A stretch of 62,111 nucleotides of DNA, the filler included, from Hausera hauseri (lineage: Eukaryota): assembly GCA_046269625.1 (NCBI GenBank). It is 11 parts of 11 records of this genome, joined end to end, with 100 filler letters (N's around TTAATTAATTAA, not from the genome) between each part and the next. Parts side by side here need not be neighbours in the genome. Positions count along the whole stretch, not along the records: positions 57,213 to 62,111 come from JBJURY010399034.1; 10 more parts are not named here. One strand, written 5' to 3'. The translations under genes and the position numbers were made by a program. Below the pieces are notes generated by a model. The model was not told where the DNA came from. It saw nothing but the letters and a program-made list of their open reading frames with translations, and made no database searches. This document shows positions 61,351 through 62,111 of this stretch, one piece after another (position 1 is the first letter of the stretch; each line of letters starts with the position of its first letter).

Positions 61351-61693
61351 TGTCTTATTCTTAAATCATCTACATTCATTTGATGTACTTCGTAACGTGT
61401 TCGGCACTCTAGCTCCTGATTAACTATTCTCTGTGCTAATTGTCGTGAATTAGGAGCATTACGATATTGCTTTCGAGGTGGCCTTTCTTGCCCATTAAAA
61501 CCTCGTACCCAATGATGTTGTACGGGAACGGGGGATATTTACATTGGATCAATGTCAAGTAATGATTCTGGGGCTACTACCGTGCTCCGAATATCCGAAC
61601 TATTAGTGGAACTAATGTTTTTTTCATTTAAGTCAATTTCGTTATTTGCCGTTAGTTAATTCTGTGCTAATCGTCCTCGGGATCGGGTGTTGT

Positions 61694-61889
61694 ATTGATG
61701 TCCCTACGCCATTGTTATTAAAGGAGACTAAGTTGCTATCCATTTTATTATATGCATATATTACAGGATTCTCCTATGGGCAATTCACATACGGTACATT
61801 TCACTAACGTGAAATATTTAGTAACAGTTTTTACAATGAATAATGTGTACTCATGGTAAATAAATTGTATTCGATTGGTTTTTTTGACA
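61694..61889 (-). promoter_or_regulatory. Candidate short LTR (61713-61889) and PBS (61694-61711) for the gag at 57213-61350
   Basis: Minus strand reads TGTCAAA...AATAAA...TAATAACA-A-TGGCGTAGGGACATC. The tRNA identity is uncertain; only the first 8 nt resemble a Ser PBS. Confidence 0.5.
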
Positions 61890-62111
61890 GATTAAACAGG
61901 TTCAAATTGTACAATTAATGTCTCTACATCTTTGTTCCACTTTTCTTCTTTTTCTTTTAATATTGAAGTAAAGTTTTGGACTATCTGGTAGTATTCATCA
62001 TCCATCAATTGCATTTGATATATGTTGTTAATTACTGATGGCAATTTTTCATATTCGGCTTTTTCGTCAATTTTTATAGCGACCATTGTCCGATATTTGG
62101 AATACCCTAGT

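Noticed and set aside
1580-62086. Stop-codon reassignment as an explanation for the many in-frame stops
   Set aside because: TAA, TAG and TGA all occur along with frameshifts in the transposon copies, while the TTC16 and HUWE1 frames read cleanly in the standard code; ordinary decay explains it.

Overview
AT-rich animal (invertebrate, flatworm-like by inference) nuclear DNA. The window is not one locus: eleven short contigs are joined by 100-nt artificial spacers (N44-TTAATTAATTAA-N44), so nothing can be inferred across the spacers. Host-gene content is sparse: one p90 RSK kinase exon, an intronless TTC16-like TPR gene, a NEK-type kinase fragment, the HUWE1 HECT C-terminus, degenerate Ig-domain exons and one orphan ORF. 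The rest is mostly decayed transposons (a piggyBac, three mariners, a Tc1 fragment, MITEs, many Ty3/Gypsy pieces) and a 22-bp satellite. Three retroelement architectures stand out. (1) A large Ty3/Gypsy family in which a ubiquitin-like module and a chuvirus/gB-type fusion glycoprotein lie upstream of protease-RT-RNaseH. (2) A tRNA-His-primed Gypsy with an FN3-plus-transmembrane receptor-like ORF and a second unknown ORF in the env position. (3) CsRn1/Kabuki-type Gypsy copies with no visible PBS or direct LTR pair; they have outward-pointing polypurine tracts at both ends, each followed by a short, non-identical LTR-like segment, and in one case by a 635-bp hairpin. All family assignments come from motif recognition by eye, not database searches.
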